A stretch of DNA of 18,166 nucleotides from NCBI GenBank assembly GCA_036338595.1, contig JAYZBV010000078.1:1-18166 (forward strand), given 5' to 3'. Below the pieces are notes generated by a model. The model had not been told where the DNA came from. It was given only the letters and a program-made list of their open reading frames with translations, and did not search any database. A program made the translations under genes and the position numbers. Shown piece by piece: positions 8,918-17,110 of this stretch (its first letter is position 1; the number at the start of each line of letters is the position of its first letter). The DNA comes from Planctomycetota bacterium (lineage in GTDB: Bacteria; Planctomycetota; UBA8108; UBA1146).

Positions 8918-9064
8918 TCCAGGTCACACCTGACGAGGATCGGTGCCGTTGGCTCGTCCGTGGTGGAGAGATTGACCTGAGGGACCCCGGGCCCCGAGGC
9001 CGCACGTGCGGCCGGCACCGGGATATCCTGCAGGGTGGACCGATGAAGACCGGAGATCGATTCG

Positions 9065-9874
9065 ATGAAGAATGACACTCACCCTGAAAACTATCGTGAA
9101 GTTGTCTTCCAGGACAGCAATGCGGAGTTCTCCTTCCTCACTCGCTCAACGGTGCGAACCACCGAGACGATCGTGTGGGAGGATGGCCAGGAGTACCCGC
9201 TTTACAAGCTCGACATCTCGAGCGCCTCGCATCCCTTCTACACCGGCAAGCAGACCTTCGTCGATACCGCCGGGCGGGTCGAAAAGTTCAAGAAACGCTT
9301 CGACTGGGAAAAGGGCAAGGCTGCGGAGGTGATCGACAAGGCGGAAGAGAAGCGCACGGAGAAACATCGAAAGCAACTCGAGACCGAAGAGTCTGCTCGC
9401 AAGGAAGCCGCCGAGCGCAAGTCTGTCAGGGAAGACCGACGTCGAAAGATCCTCGATGGCAAGAAGAAGAAGGCTCAGGAGGCCGAAGAGGCCAGGGCTG
9501 CAGAAGAAGCTGCTGCAGAAAAAGCGGCAGCGAAAGCACCTGCAAAGGAAACTCCGAAGAAGAAAGCGAAGAAGGAAGCCCCGAAGGAGGAAGCTTCAAA
9601 GAAGGAAGCTCCGGCCGCCGAGGAGACCGCTTCGCCGACCCCTGCGCCAGAAGCGCCACCTGCAGATGAAGCTCCTGCCGCCGAGAAGGCTGCTGAAGCT
9701 CCGGCTACCGAGGAGACTCCCGCGCCGGAAGCGCCAGTCGCAGAAGCCGCTCCCGCAGCCGAGGACGCTGCTGAGGAAACTCCCGCAGCCGAGGAGCCGG
9801 CAGCAGAAACTCCAGTAGAAGATGGGGACGATGGGGCTGCTGCAGAGAGCAAGCCTGCCGATTCTGACTCCTAA
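9065..9874 (+). CDS. rpmE2: 50S ribosomal protein L31 type B with long C-terminal extension
   Basis: [53 protein letters not shown], no Zn-binding Cys; sits directly upstream of prfA. Confidence 0.96.
   Translation: MKNDTHPENYREVVFQDSNAEFSFLTRSTVRTTETIVWEDGQEYPLYKLDISSASHPFYTGKQTFVDTAGRVEKFKKRFDWEKGKAAEVIDKAEEKRTEKHRKQLETEESARKEAAERKSVREDRRRKILDGKKKKAQEAEEARAAEEAAAEKAAAKAPAKETPKKKAKKEAPKEEASKKEAPAAEETASPTPAPEAPPADEAPAAEKAAEAPATEETPAPEAPVAEAAPAAEDAAEETPAAEEPAAETPVEDGDDGAAAESKPADSDS
9605..9815 (+). repeat. Degenerate coding repeats E-[A/T]-P-A-A-E in the L31 tail
   Basis: Recurrent gaagctcc(g/t)gccgccgag, gaagctccggctaccgag and gaaactcccgcagccgag units. Confidence 0.7.
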
Positions 9875-9888
9875 GTGCGCCAACCAAC

Positions 9889-9929
9889 GAGGGCCGGAAA
9901 AGGGCGATCAGCGCCCCCTTCCGGCCCTC
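9889..9929 (+). terminator. Strong hairpin after rpmE2 (terminator or mRNA-stabilising stem)
   Basis: GAGGGCCGGAA-AA-GGGCG-ATCAG-CGCCC-CC-TTCCGGCCCTC (11+5 bp), followed by a weak ATTCTCAT tract. Confidence 0.65.
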
Positions 9930-9987
9930 ATTCTCATCCTGGAGACTGACACTCCCGGGACCGTCTCGAATCGCAAAGGGTGGACCG

Positions 9988-11109
9988 ATGTGTGCCGCAG
10001 AGAAGGATACCGCAGAGTTCCTCGAAAAACCGATCGAGGGTCGATTGTCCCACCGACTCGTGTCGATGGAGCAGCGATTCGATGAACTCGAAGGCCTGAT
10101 CGGTGACCCCGATCAGCAGGCAGACGGAAGCAAGTTCCAGGAGATCCTACGCGAACACGGCAGCCTGTCCCCGCTGGTACAGCTCCATCGTCAGTACGTC
10201 AGTTCCCTCGCAGAACTTTCAGAAGCGAAGGAGATCATCGCCAGTGGAGATGACCCGGAATTGATAGAACTCGCAGAATCAGAGCTGGACGATCTGGAGC
10301 AATCGGCGAAGTTGCGAGCCAGAGCGATCCGACTCGCGATCCTCGACCAACAGGTCGAAGGTGGAGATGATTGCATCTTCGAGATCCGTGCAGGAACCGG
10401 CGGAGACGAAGCAGCGCTGTTCGCCTCCGATGTGTTCAAGATGTATTCCCTCTATGCAGAAAAGAAGCGCTGGAAGATCGAAGTCCTGACCGAGAGCGAA
10501 ACTGCCCTGGGAGGATACAAGGAGATCACCTTCTCGGTTCGGGGGCGAGGCGCCTTCGAGAGGCTTTGCTTCGAATCAGGAGGCCATCGCGTTCAGAGGG
10601 TGCCCACCACCGAGGCCCAGGGACGCATTCACACATCCGCCATCACGGTTGCCGTGATGCAGGAAGCCCAGGCGGAAGAGATACATATCGAGGAAAGCGA
10701 TCTTCGCATCGATACTTTTTGCGCTTCAGGACCGGGCGGGCAGTCGGTCAACAAGACATCCAGCGCCGTCAGGATCACGCACATCCCGACGGGAGTCGTG
10801 GTTTCGATGCAGGATGAAAAGTCTCAGCATCGCAATCGAGACAAGGCGATGCGTTTGCTGAAGACGCGTCTCAAGGAAGCGCAGGATCGCAAGAAGCAAC
10901 AGGAAGAGGATGCGCTGCGTCGCTCCTTGATAGGCAGTGGTGACCGAAGTGATCGAATTCGCACCTACAACTTTCCGCAGAACCGAATTACAGACCATCG
11001 GATCAATTGCACCCTCTACAACCTCGATCGATTCATCAGCGGTGAAATAGACGATCTTCTCGATCAGCTGGAAGCACATGACCGCGAAGAGCGGGTGCAG
11101 GGGCTCTGA
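9988..11109 (+). CDS. prfA: Peptide chain release factor 1
   Basis: [25 protein letters not shown] (PxT recognition motif of RF1), [18 protein letters not shown]. Confidence 0.98.
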   Translation: MCAAEKDTAEFLEKPIEGRLSHRLVSMEQRFDELEGLIGDPDQQADGSKFQEILREHGSLSPLVQLHRQYVSSLAELSEAKEIIASGDDPELIELAESELDDLEQSAKLRARAIRLAILDQQVEGGDDCIFEIRAGTGGDEAALFASDVFKMYSLYAEKKRWKIEVLTESETALGGYKEITFSVRGRGAFERLCFESGGHRVQRVPTTEAQGRIHTSAITVAVMQEAQAEEIHIEESDLRIDTFCASGPGGQSVNKTSSAVRITHIPTGVVVSMQDEKSQHRNRDKAMRLLKTRLKEAQDRKKQQEEDALRRSLIGSGDRSDRIRTYNFPQNRITDHRINCTLYNLDRFISGEIDDLLDQLEAHDREERVQGL

Positions 11110-11110
11110 G

Positions 11111-11956
11111 ATGTCCGCATCGGTTTCATCTCTTGGGTTGTTACGCGATGCCATCACCCGGCTTCAAAACTCGGACGCTCCGCAACTCGACGCACGCTGG
11201 ATACTCGCTCATGTACTTCGTCTCGATCACCGCGATGCGCAGCTTCGAACCGATCTTCTACTGACAGCGAGCCAGGCCGACGAGTTCGAACAGTTGATCC
11301 TGCGCCGAGCTGCCGGAGAACCCCTCGCATACATCCTGGGGGAATGGGAGTTTTTCGGCTATCGACTGGAGATCACTGCCGCTGTGCTGGTTCCCAGGCC
11401 GGAAACGGAACTGCTGGTGGAGTGGGGACTGGAATTGCTGAAAGATGTCCCCGATCCGCGGATCGTCGAGGTCGGTGTGGGCTCCGGGGCGGTCGTGATT
11501 GCGCTGGCGAATCAACGTCCGGATCTGCGAGCTGTAGCGATCGATCTTTCCCCGCAGGCCATCGAGGTGGCTGGTCGCAACCTGCAGACGCACCAGTTGC
11601 TCGATCGGGTCGAACTGATCGAGGGGAACCTGCTCGAAGCGGTGACCGGAAACCACCACATGGTGATCTCGAATCCTCCCTACATCGTCCCGGGAGATCC
11701 GCACCTGGCTGCAGATGTGGCCCGCCATGAGCCAGCGTCGGCGCTGATCGACGATCTAGATGAAGATGGCCTCGGCTATCACAGGGCCCTGATCGATGGC
11801 TTCGAGCGCTGCGTGGGGCGGTCCGGATCACTGTTGATGGAGTGTGGCCAGGGGCAGGATTCAGGAATCGTGGAATATGCGACCCGGTCGGGATATCAGG
11901 CTTCATCTCGCCCCGATCTGGCGGGAATCCAGAGAGCCGTTCATATCGAGAGATGA
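11111..11956 (+). CDS. prmC: Release factor glutamine methyltransferase
   Basis: GEPLAYILG, VLVPRPETE, EVGVGSG (SAM binding), SNPPY. ATG lies 1 nt after the prfA stop. Confidence 0.96.
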   Translation: MSASVSSLGLLRDAITRLQNSDAPQLDARWILAHVLRLDHRDAQLRTDLLLTASQADEFEQLILRRAAGEPLAYILGEWEFFGYRLEITAAVLVPRPETELLVEWGLELLKDVPDPRIVEVGVGSGAVVIALANQRPDLRAVAIDLSPQAIEVAGRNLQTHQLLDRVELIEGNLLEAVTGNHHMVISNPPYIVPGDPHLAADVARHEPASALIDDLDEDGLGYHRALIDGFERCVGRSGSLLMECGQGQDSGIVEYATRSGYQASSRPDLAGIQRAVHIER

Positions 11957-11995
11957 TGATTTCGGTCCTGAGGATCGCTCCTCGTCGTATCGGCG

Positions 11996-12023
11996 TTGAC
12001 ACCCTGATCCCATGTAGCACAAT
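11996..12023 (+). promoter_or_regulatory. Putative promoter of murA-ffh
   Basis: TTGACA-N16-CACAAT in the prmC-murA gap. Confidence 0.55.
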
Positions 12024-12059
12024 CGGAATCTCGCCGTCGATCGCCGGAAGGGCACCATA

Positions 12060-13385
12060 TTGGACAAATTCGTCATCCACGGGGGGCAGCGCCTCAACGG
12101 AACTGTCAGCGTATCGGGATCAAAAAACGGAGCCTTGCCGGTGCTCTTTTCGACCCTTCTGTGCGATGGGCCGGTTCAACTGAACAACGTCCCAGTTCAT
12201 CTTCGAGACATCAAATTTACCCTGGAGATCCTCAAGACACTGGGTGTCGAGTCGACAGTGGAAGACGACGGGACGGTTTGCCTGCAGGTCACCGATCCAT
12301 CCTCCACTCGTGCGGATTATCAACTGGTCAGCAAGATGCGTGCTTCCATTTGCTGCCTCGGCCCGCTGTTGGCGCGTCGCGGCGAGGCGATGGTTTCGCT
12401 TCCAGGAGGTTGCAGCATCGGCGACCGACCCATCGAACTACACCCCCGCGGTATGGAAGCGCTCGGCGCTGAGGTCAGAATTGAAAATGGATATGTGGTC
12501 GCTCGAGCCAAGCGCCTCATGGGTGATACCATTTACCTTTCGGGCCCGATGGGTTCCACCGTACTGGGAACCCAGAATGTGATGATGGCAGCTGTCGGCG
12601 CAGAAGGTGTCACGGTCATCGAAGGCGCAGCCTGTGAGCCGGAGGTGCAAGGAACTGCCAGTTTCCTGCGAGCCCTGGGTGTTGTAATAGAAGGGGATGG
12701 GACACCGGTGATTCGCATCGAAGGACGGGGTCGTCTCGATGAAGATGGGTGTCTGGGTGGTGCAAGTTTCGAGATTCCGCCCGATCGGATCGAGACCGGC
12801 ACCTATCTGCTCGCCGGTGCCATCGCGGGTGACAAGGTCGTGGTCGAGGGGTGCAAGCCGTCGGAGAACAGGGCCTTGCTGTCCCTGCTGGATCGCATCG
12901 GAGTTCGTGTCGATGCTGGAGAATCCACTCTGACGGTGTTTGGAGTCGATGAGGTGAAGCCCGTGGATGTGGCGATGCTGCCCTATCCGGCGTTCCCGAC
13001 CGATCTTCAGGGCCCCTTGATGGCGCTTCTTTGTCTCGGTCGAGGCGTGAGCTTGATCACCGACAAGGTCTATCCCGATCGATTCAATCACCTCTCCGAG
13101 TTGAGACGATTCGGTGCCATTATCCGCAAGGAAGGGCCATCTGCCATCATCGAGGGTGGTACTCCACTGTCGGGAGCCACCGTCATGGCCAGCGATCTGC
13201 GAGCGAGTGCTTGCCTGGTCCTGGCTGGACTGGTGGCCACTGGAAAAACCGAGGTGACTCGCATTTACCATCTCGAACGAGGCTACGAGAAGATGGAAGA
13301 GAAGCTCCGCAAACTCGGAGCGCATGTCGAGAAGGTGATAGATGAGAAGGTGCCAGGTTTCGAGGAAGACCTGGAACTGGCCTAG
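12060..13385 (+). CDS. murA: UDP-N-acetylglucosamine 1-carboxyvinyltransferase
   Basis: SGSKNGALP, MRAS, LPGGCSIGDRP (catalytic Cys), PDRIETGT, FPTDLQ, DLRA, HLERGYE; TTG start. Confidence 0.98.
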   Translation: MDKFVIHGGQRLNGTVSVSGSKNGALPVLFSTLLCDGPVQLNNVPVHLRDIKFTLEILKTLGVESTVEDDGTVCLQVTDPSSTRADYQLVSKMRASICCLGPLLARRGEAMVSLPGGCSIGDRPIELHPRGMEALGAEVRIENGYVVARAKRLMGDTIYLSGPMGSTVLGTQNVMMAAVGAEGVTVIEGAACEPEVQGTASFLRALGVVIEGDGTPVIRIEGRGRLDEDGCLGGASFEIPPDRIETGTYLLAGAIAGDKVVVEGCKPSENRALLSLLDRIGVRVDAGESTLTVFGVDEVKPVDVAMLPYPAFPTDLQGPLMALLCLGRGVSLITDKVYPDRFNHLSELRRFGAIIRKEGPSAIIEGGTPLSGATVMASDLRASACLVLAGLVATGKTEVTRIYHLERGYEKMEEKLRKLGAHVEKVIDEKVPGFEEDLELA

Positions 13386-13394
13386 GAAAGACCG

Positions 13395-14915
13395 ATGCTC
13401 GAAGGACTCACCAAAAGATTCACGGACATTGTTGCTGGTCTCAGGGGTGGCAAGATCAACGAGGCCACCATCAAGGAAACGGGCCGCGAGATCCGCCGTG
13501 CACTTCTGGAAGCCGATGCCGCGTTGCCGGTGGTCAAGGATTTTGAAAAACGTGTTCGAGAGAAAGCTCTCGGCTCGACCGTGATCGAGGGTGTCGACGC
13601 CGGCCAGATGCTGACCAAGATCGTTCAGGATGAACTGACTGATCTGATGGGCCCGGTCGATCACGAGTTTTCCTGGCGCTCGGGTGGCCCCACGGTGGTG
13701 TTGCTGTCTGGTCTCCAGGGAAGCGGAAAGACCACTACCTGCGCGAAACTCGCCCTCTATCTTCGCGATCGAAAGAAACGCAAGCCGATGATGGTCGCCG
13801 CCGACCTGCAGCGACCAGCGGCCATCGAGCAGTTGAAGGTGCTGGGCCAGCAGATCGACGTACCGGTGTTTCATGAGCCCGGAATGACCCCTCCCGAGGT
13901 GTGCGCTGCGGCGATCAAGGAGGCCAAAAAACTCAAATGCGATGTGGTCCTGCTCGATACCGCGGGAAGGCTGCATGTCGATGAAGAGTTGATGGGCGAA
14001 CTGAAGAAGATCTCCACTACGACCTCCCCCGACGAGGTGTTTTTCGTCTGCGATGCGATGACAGGCCAGGACGCTGTCAAATCTGCCGATGCCTTCTCCC
14101 AGTCTCTACCTTTGACCGGTGTGATCCTGACCAAGCTCGATGGCGATGCGCGCGGTGGTGCGGCGCTTTCGGTCAAGGCGATCACCGGCAAACCGATCAA
14201 GTTCGTCGGTGTCGGCGAAAAACTCGACAGGCTAGACGAGTTTCACCCCGATCGGATGGCTTCTCGAATCCTTGGCATGGGAGATGTCGTCAGTCTCGTC
14301 GATCGCGCACAACAGGTGATCGACGAGGATGAACAGGCGCAGATGCAGGAAAAGATGCTCGCCGCCAAGTTCGACCTCGAGGATTTCCTGTCTCAACTTC
14401 GTCAGATCAAGAAGATGGGAAGCCTGAAGGACCTGCTCGGACATCTGCCGGGAATCGGTGGGCGCGTCGATGAACTGGATGTGAAGGGGGATGAACTTCA
14501 GGTGGTCGAGAGTGTCATCCAGTCGATGACTTCCAAGGAACGACAGAGACCTGAAATCATCAACACCAGCCGTCGACGAAGAATTGCTGCCGGAGCGGGA
14601 AGAAAAATCGAAGAGGTCACAGGCTTGCTGCGCCAGTTCAAGCAGATGCAGGGCATGATGGAGCAGATGAAGAAGCACCAGGGATTGTTCGGCAAGATGA
14701 AGGGGATGCGAGAGATGAAGGATGCTCTTGCAGCGGATGGAGATCAGATGCCAGCCGGCGGCCTGCCCCCGGGGATGCTACCACCCGCTCTCGGTGGAGA
14801 TCCGGCGCAAGGTCCAGGTGGGCCCGGTAAGAAGAAAGAAGGGCCATCTCGCGACGAGAGACGCAAAAAACGCAAGATGGAGCGCCAGAGACGCAAGAAC
14901 TCGAGGCGTAAATAG
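13395..14915 (+). CDS. ffh: Signal recognition particle protein
   Basis: GLQGSGKTT, DTAGR, TKLDGDARGGAALS, DRMASRILGMGD, Met-rich M domain. Confidence 0.98.
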   Translation: MLEGLTKRFTDIVAGLRGGKINEATIKETGREIRRALLEADAALPVVKDFEKRVREKALGSTVIEGVDAGQMLTKIVQDELTDLMGPVDHEFSWRSGGPTVVLLSGLQGSGKTTTCAKLALYLRDRKKRKPMMVAADLQRPAAIEQLKVLGQQIDVPVFHEPGMTPPEVCAAAIKEAKKLKCDVVLLDTAGRLHVDEELMGELKKISTTTSPDEVFFVCDAMTGQDAVKSADAFSQSLPLTGVILTKLDGDARGGAALSVKAITGKPIKFVGVGEKLDRLDEFHPDRMASRILGMGDVVSLVDRAQQVIDEDEQAQMQEKMLAAKFDLEDFLSQLRQIKKMGSLKDLLGHLPGIGGRVDELDVKGDELQVVESVIQSMTSKERQRPEIINTSRRRRIAAGAGRKIEEVTGLLRQFKQMQGMMEQMKKHQGLFGKMKGMREMKDALAADGDQMPAGGLPPGMLPPALGGDPAQGPGGPGKKKEGPSRDERRKKRKMERQRRKNSRRK

Positions 14916-15100
14916 CCTCTCATCGGCCCAATTGGTACGATTCTGCCCTATAAATCGTCCGGCTCTGTTGATGGATCGAGGCCCCCCCTGTAATTTCAGC
15001 CTTCCCCTCTGATGGAGGGATTGTGGATTTGAGGCTTCTTGCCTCTGACTTTTGATTTCTCATCCGGGTTTCCGGAGATGTAAGGCTGGAGAAGAACGGT

Positions 15101-15427
15101 ATGGCGGTAGCGATCCGTCTCAAGCGCTGCGGAAGGCGTCACAGGCCCTTCTATCGCATCGAGGCCATCGAGAAGCGAAATGCCCGAGGAGGCCGTTCTC
15201 TCGAAACGGTCGGTTGGTACGACCCGATGGTCGATGATGCACAGAAGCGTGTGAAGTTGCATGAGGATCGAATCCAGCACTGGATCGACATGGGAGCTCG
15301 GCCGAGTCAGACGGTGACCTCCTTCCTGCGCAAATCGAACGTGAAGTGGGGCGTGCCTGGCCAGAAGAAGAGCCGAAGAGCGATTCAGCGCGCCAACAAG
15401 AAAAAACAGGGCAGTAGCGACGCCTGA
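15101..15427 (+). CDS. rpsP: 30S ribosomal protein S16
   Basis: MAVAIRLKRCGRRHRPFYRI..GWYDP..WIDMGARPSQTV. Confidence 0.97.
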   Translation: MAVAIRLKRCGRRHRPFYRIEAIEKRNARGGRSLETVGWYDPMVDDAQKRVKLHEDRIQHWIDMGARPSQTVTSFLRKSNVKWGVPGQKKSRRAIQRANKKKQGSSDA

Positions 15428-15449
15428 GGAAACCCGTTCGGAGTTGCCG

Positions 15450-16244
15450 GTGCAGATCGACATCTTGACGATCTTTCCGCACTTCTTCGACGAGTTCCTG
15501 CGTCACGGAATGGTGCGAGTGGCCCGCCGATCAGGCAGGCTCGATGTCCGCATCACCGATCTCCGAGCTTTTGCCGAGGATCGACACCGTACCGTGGACG
15601 ACCGCCCTTACGGGGGTGGCCCGGGGATGCTCCTCAAACCGGAGCCGGTTTTCCGGGCACTGGATGGGCTGGGCCTCGTGGCGGGTTCGGATGCCCCCGA
15701 AGGTGTGGTGCCCCTGCTGATGTGCCCGCGTGGCCAGCAACTGGGGCAACGCGACCTGGAGGATTTTTCTGGCGCCAGTCGCCTGATCATCCTGTGCGGT
15801 CGTTACGAAGGTTACGACGAACGAATCGTCGAGGCCTACCCGTGGAGACGGGTGTCACTGGGGGACTATGTCCTCTCCGGTGGCGAGGTTCCGGCGATGG
15901 CGATCATCGAGGGCACGGTCCGGTTACTGCCGGGCGTTCTCGGCGATCAGGAATCCGCCTTGCGCGATTCCTTCAACGAGTGGACGGGGCCCGATGGCCT
16001 CGATCACACACACTGGACCCGCCCTCCCGAGTATCGGGGAAGGGGAGTTCCGGAGGTCCTGCTCAGCGGAGACCACGGAGCGATAGAGAAGTGGCGTCGC
16101 GAGAGTTCGAAGCAACAACACTCGGATCGAGTCGAGTTGCGAGAAAGCAGCACAGCAGCATCTGGTAAATCGCCAGATGGCAGACAAGATGGGGCCTCAC
16201 AAGAAATGGTCCCGGGAGAACAAGATGTCGAACAGGATCTCTGA
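15450..16244 (+). CDS. trmD: tRNA (guanine37-N1)-methyltransferase
   Basis: [55 protein letters not shown] 15450 follows GGAG. The end overlaps rplS by 20 nt. Confidence 0.97.
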   Translation: MQIDILTIFPHFFDEFLRHGMVRVARRSGRLDVRITDLRAFAEDRHRTVDDRPYGGGPGMLLKPEPVFRALDGLGLVAGSDAPEGVVPLLMCPRGQQLGQRDLEDFSGASRLIILCGRYEGYDERIVEAYPWRRVSLGDYVLSGGEVPAMAIIEGTVRLLPGVLGDQESALRDSFNEWTGPDGLDHTHWTRPPEYRGRGVPEVLLSGDHGAIEKWRRESSKQQHSDRVELRESSTAASGKSPDGRQDGASQEMVPGEQDVEQDL

Positions 16245-16590
16245 TTTCGAAAAGGACCAGCTCAGGTCCGAGGGACTCACCGAGTTCCATGTGGGTGATA
16301 CCGTGGATGTCCACGTGAGAATCGTCGAAGGCGACAAGGAACGTGTGCAGATCTTCAACGGCACCGTCATCGGTCGCAAGAATGCGGGCAGCCGCTCCGC
16401 ATTCACGGTTCGCCGGATCGTCGCAGGGGAAGGTGTCGAGAGAACGTTCCCGCTCCATTCACCCTGGGTCGAGAAGGTAGAGGTCAAGCGTCTCGGACGT
16501 GTTCGTCGCGCCAAGCTTTACTATCTCAGGGATCGCATCGGCAAGGCGACCAAGGTACGCGAAAAAGTGGCGGTACGCCGCAAGAGCTAA
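16225..16590 (+). CDS. rplS: 50S ribosomal protein L19
   Basis: [48 protein letters not shown] 16225 follows GGGAGA. Confidence 0.97.
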   Translation: MSNRISDFEKDQLRSEGLTEFHVGDTVDVHVRIVEGDKERVQIFNGTVIGRKNAGSRSAFTVRRIVAGEGVERTFPLHSPWVEKVEVKRLGRVRRAKLYYLRDRIGKATKVREKVAVRRKS

Positions 16591-16597
16591 ATTTCGG

Positions 16598-17056
16598 ATG
16601 AGGGATGGAGGAGTTGTTTTCTTCCGTCGCAGATCAACCAGAAGAAGCCCTCCGGGCCCGTATCGAACGGACCGGGAGGGCTTCTTTCTTTCCCCGTCCG
16701 CTTCCGGACGCTGGGCCGAGCGCTGGGTCAGCTGGATCCTGCGATGCAAAGGTTGGCGCATCACCGAGCGTAATCTCCGAACTCCCTTTGGCGAGATAGA
16801 CCTGCTGGCGAGACAGGGTTCGGTACTCGTCATCGTCGAGGTGAAGTTCCGGCGCCATCGGCGACAATGGCCACTATCTGGCCGACAAGCGGCACGCCTG
16901 CGCCGGTGTGCACGCTGGTTACAGGTGAATCGAGGTGGCCAGGATGGAATCCGCATCGATCTGATCGAAGTGAATCCCAGGAGGTTTCCGCTGCCGCCAG
17001 AACTCCACCATCTGAAGTCCGCCGTCGTTGCAGAAGATGAATGGATGGAGAGGTAG
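16598..17056 (+). CDS. YraN family (UPF0102) PD-(D/E)XK nuclease-like protein
   Basis: GRWAE..GWRITERN.R.PFGEIDLLA..LVIVEVK.R..RIDLI; typical position after rplS. The start is uncertain. Confidence 0.88.
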   Translation: MRDGGVVFFRRRSTRRSPPGPYRTDREGFFLSPSASGRWAERWVSWILRCKGWRITERNLRTPFGEIDLLARQGSVLVIVEVKFRRHRRQWPLSGRQAARLRRCARWLQVNRGGQDGIRIDLIEVNPRRFPLPPELHHLKSAVVAEDEWMER

Positions 17057-17110
17057 AGGCCGTCTTCAGGATGTCACGTCCGGATGAACATCAGCCGAGC
17101 TTGTCGCCGA

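Noticed and set aside
8788..9078. 96-aa minus-strand ORF abutting the cyclase
   Set aside because: It overlaps the rpmE2 start, promoter and leader, and has no convincing RBS or motif.
9605..9815. Repeats considered as a CRISPR array or VNTR
   Set aside because: Degenerate, in-frame and codon-driven, with no constant repeat-spacer pattern.
12438..13976. 512-aa minus-strand ORF
   Set aside because: Antisense shadow of murA and ffh in GC-rich DNA; no recognisable motifs.
14916..15100. SRP RNA (ffs) next to ffh
   Set aside because: The conserved CAGG..GGAA..AGCAG domain IV signature is absent.
16605..16799. 64-aa alternative-frame ORF over the yraN 5' end (possible frameshift)
   Set aside because: The YraN frame is already open from 16598 and the alternative peptide has no recognisable motif.
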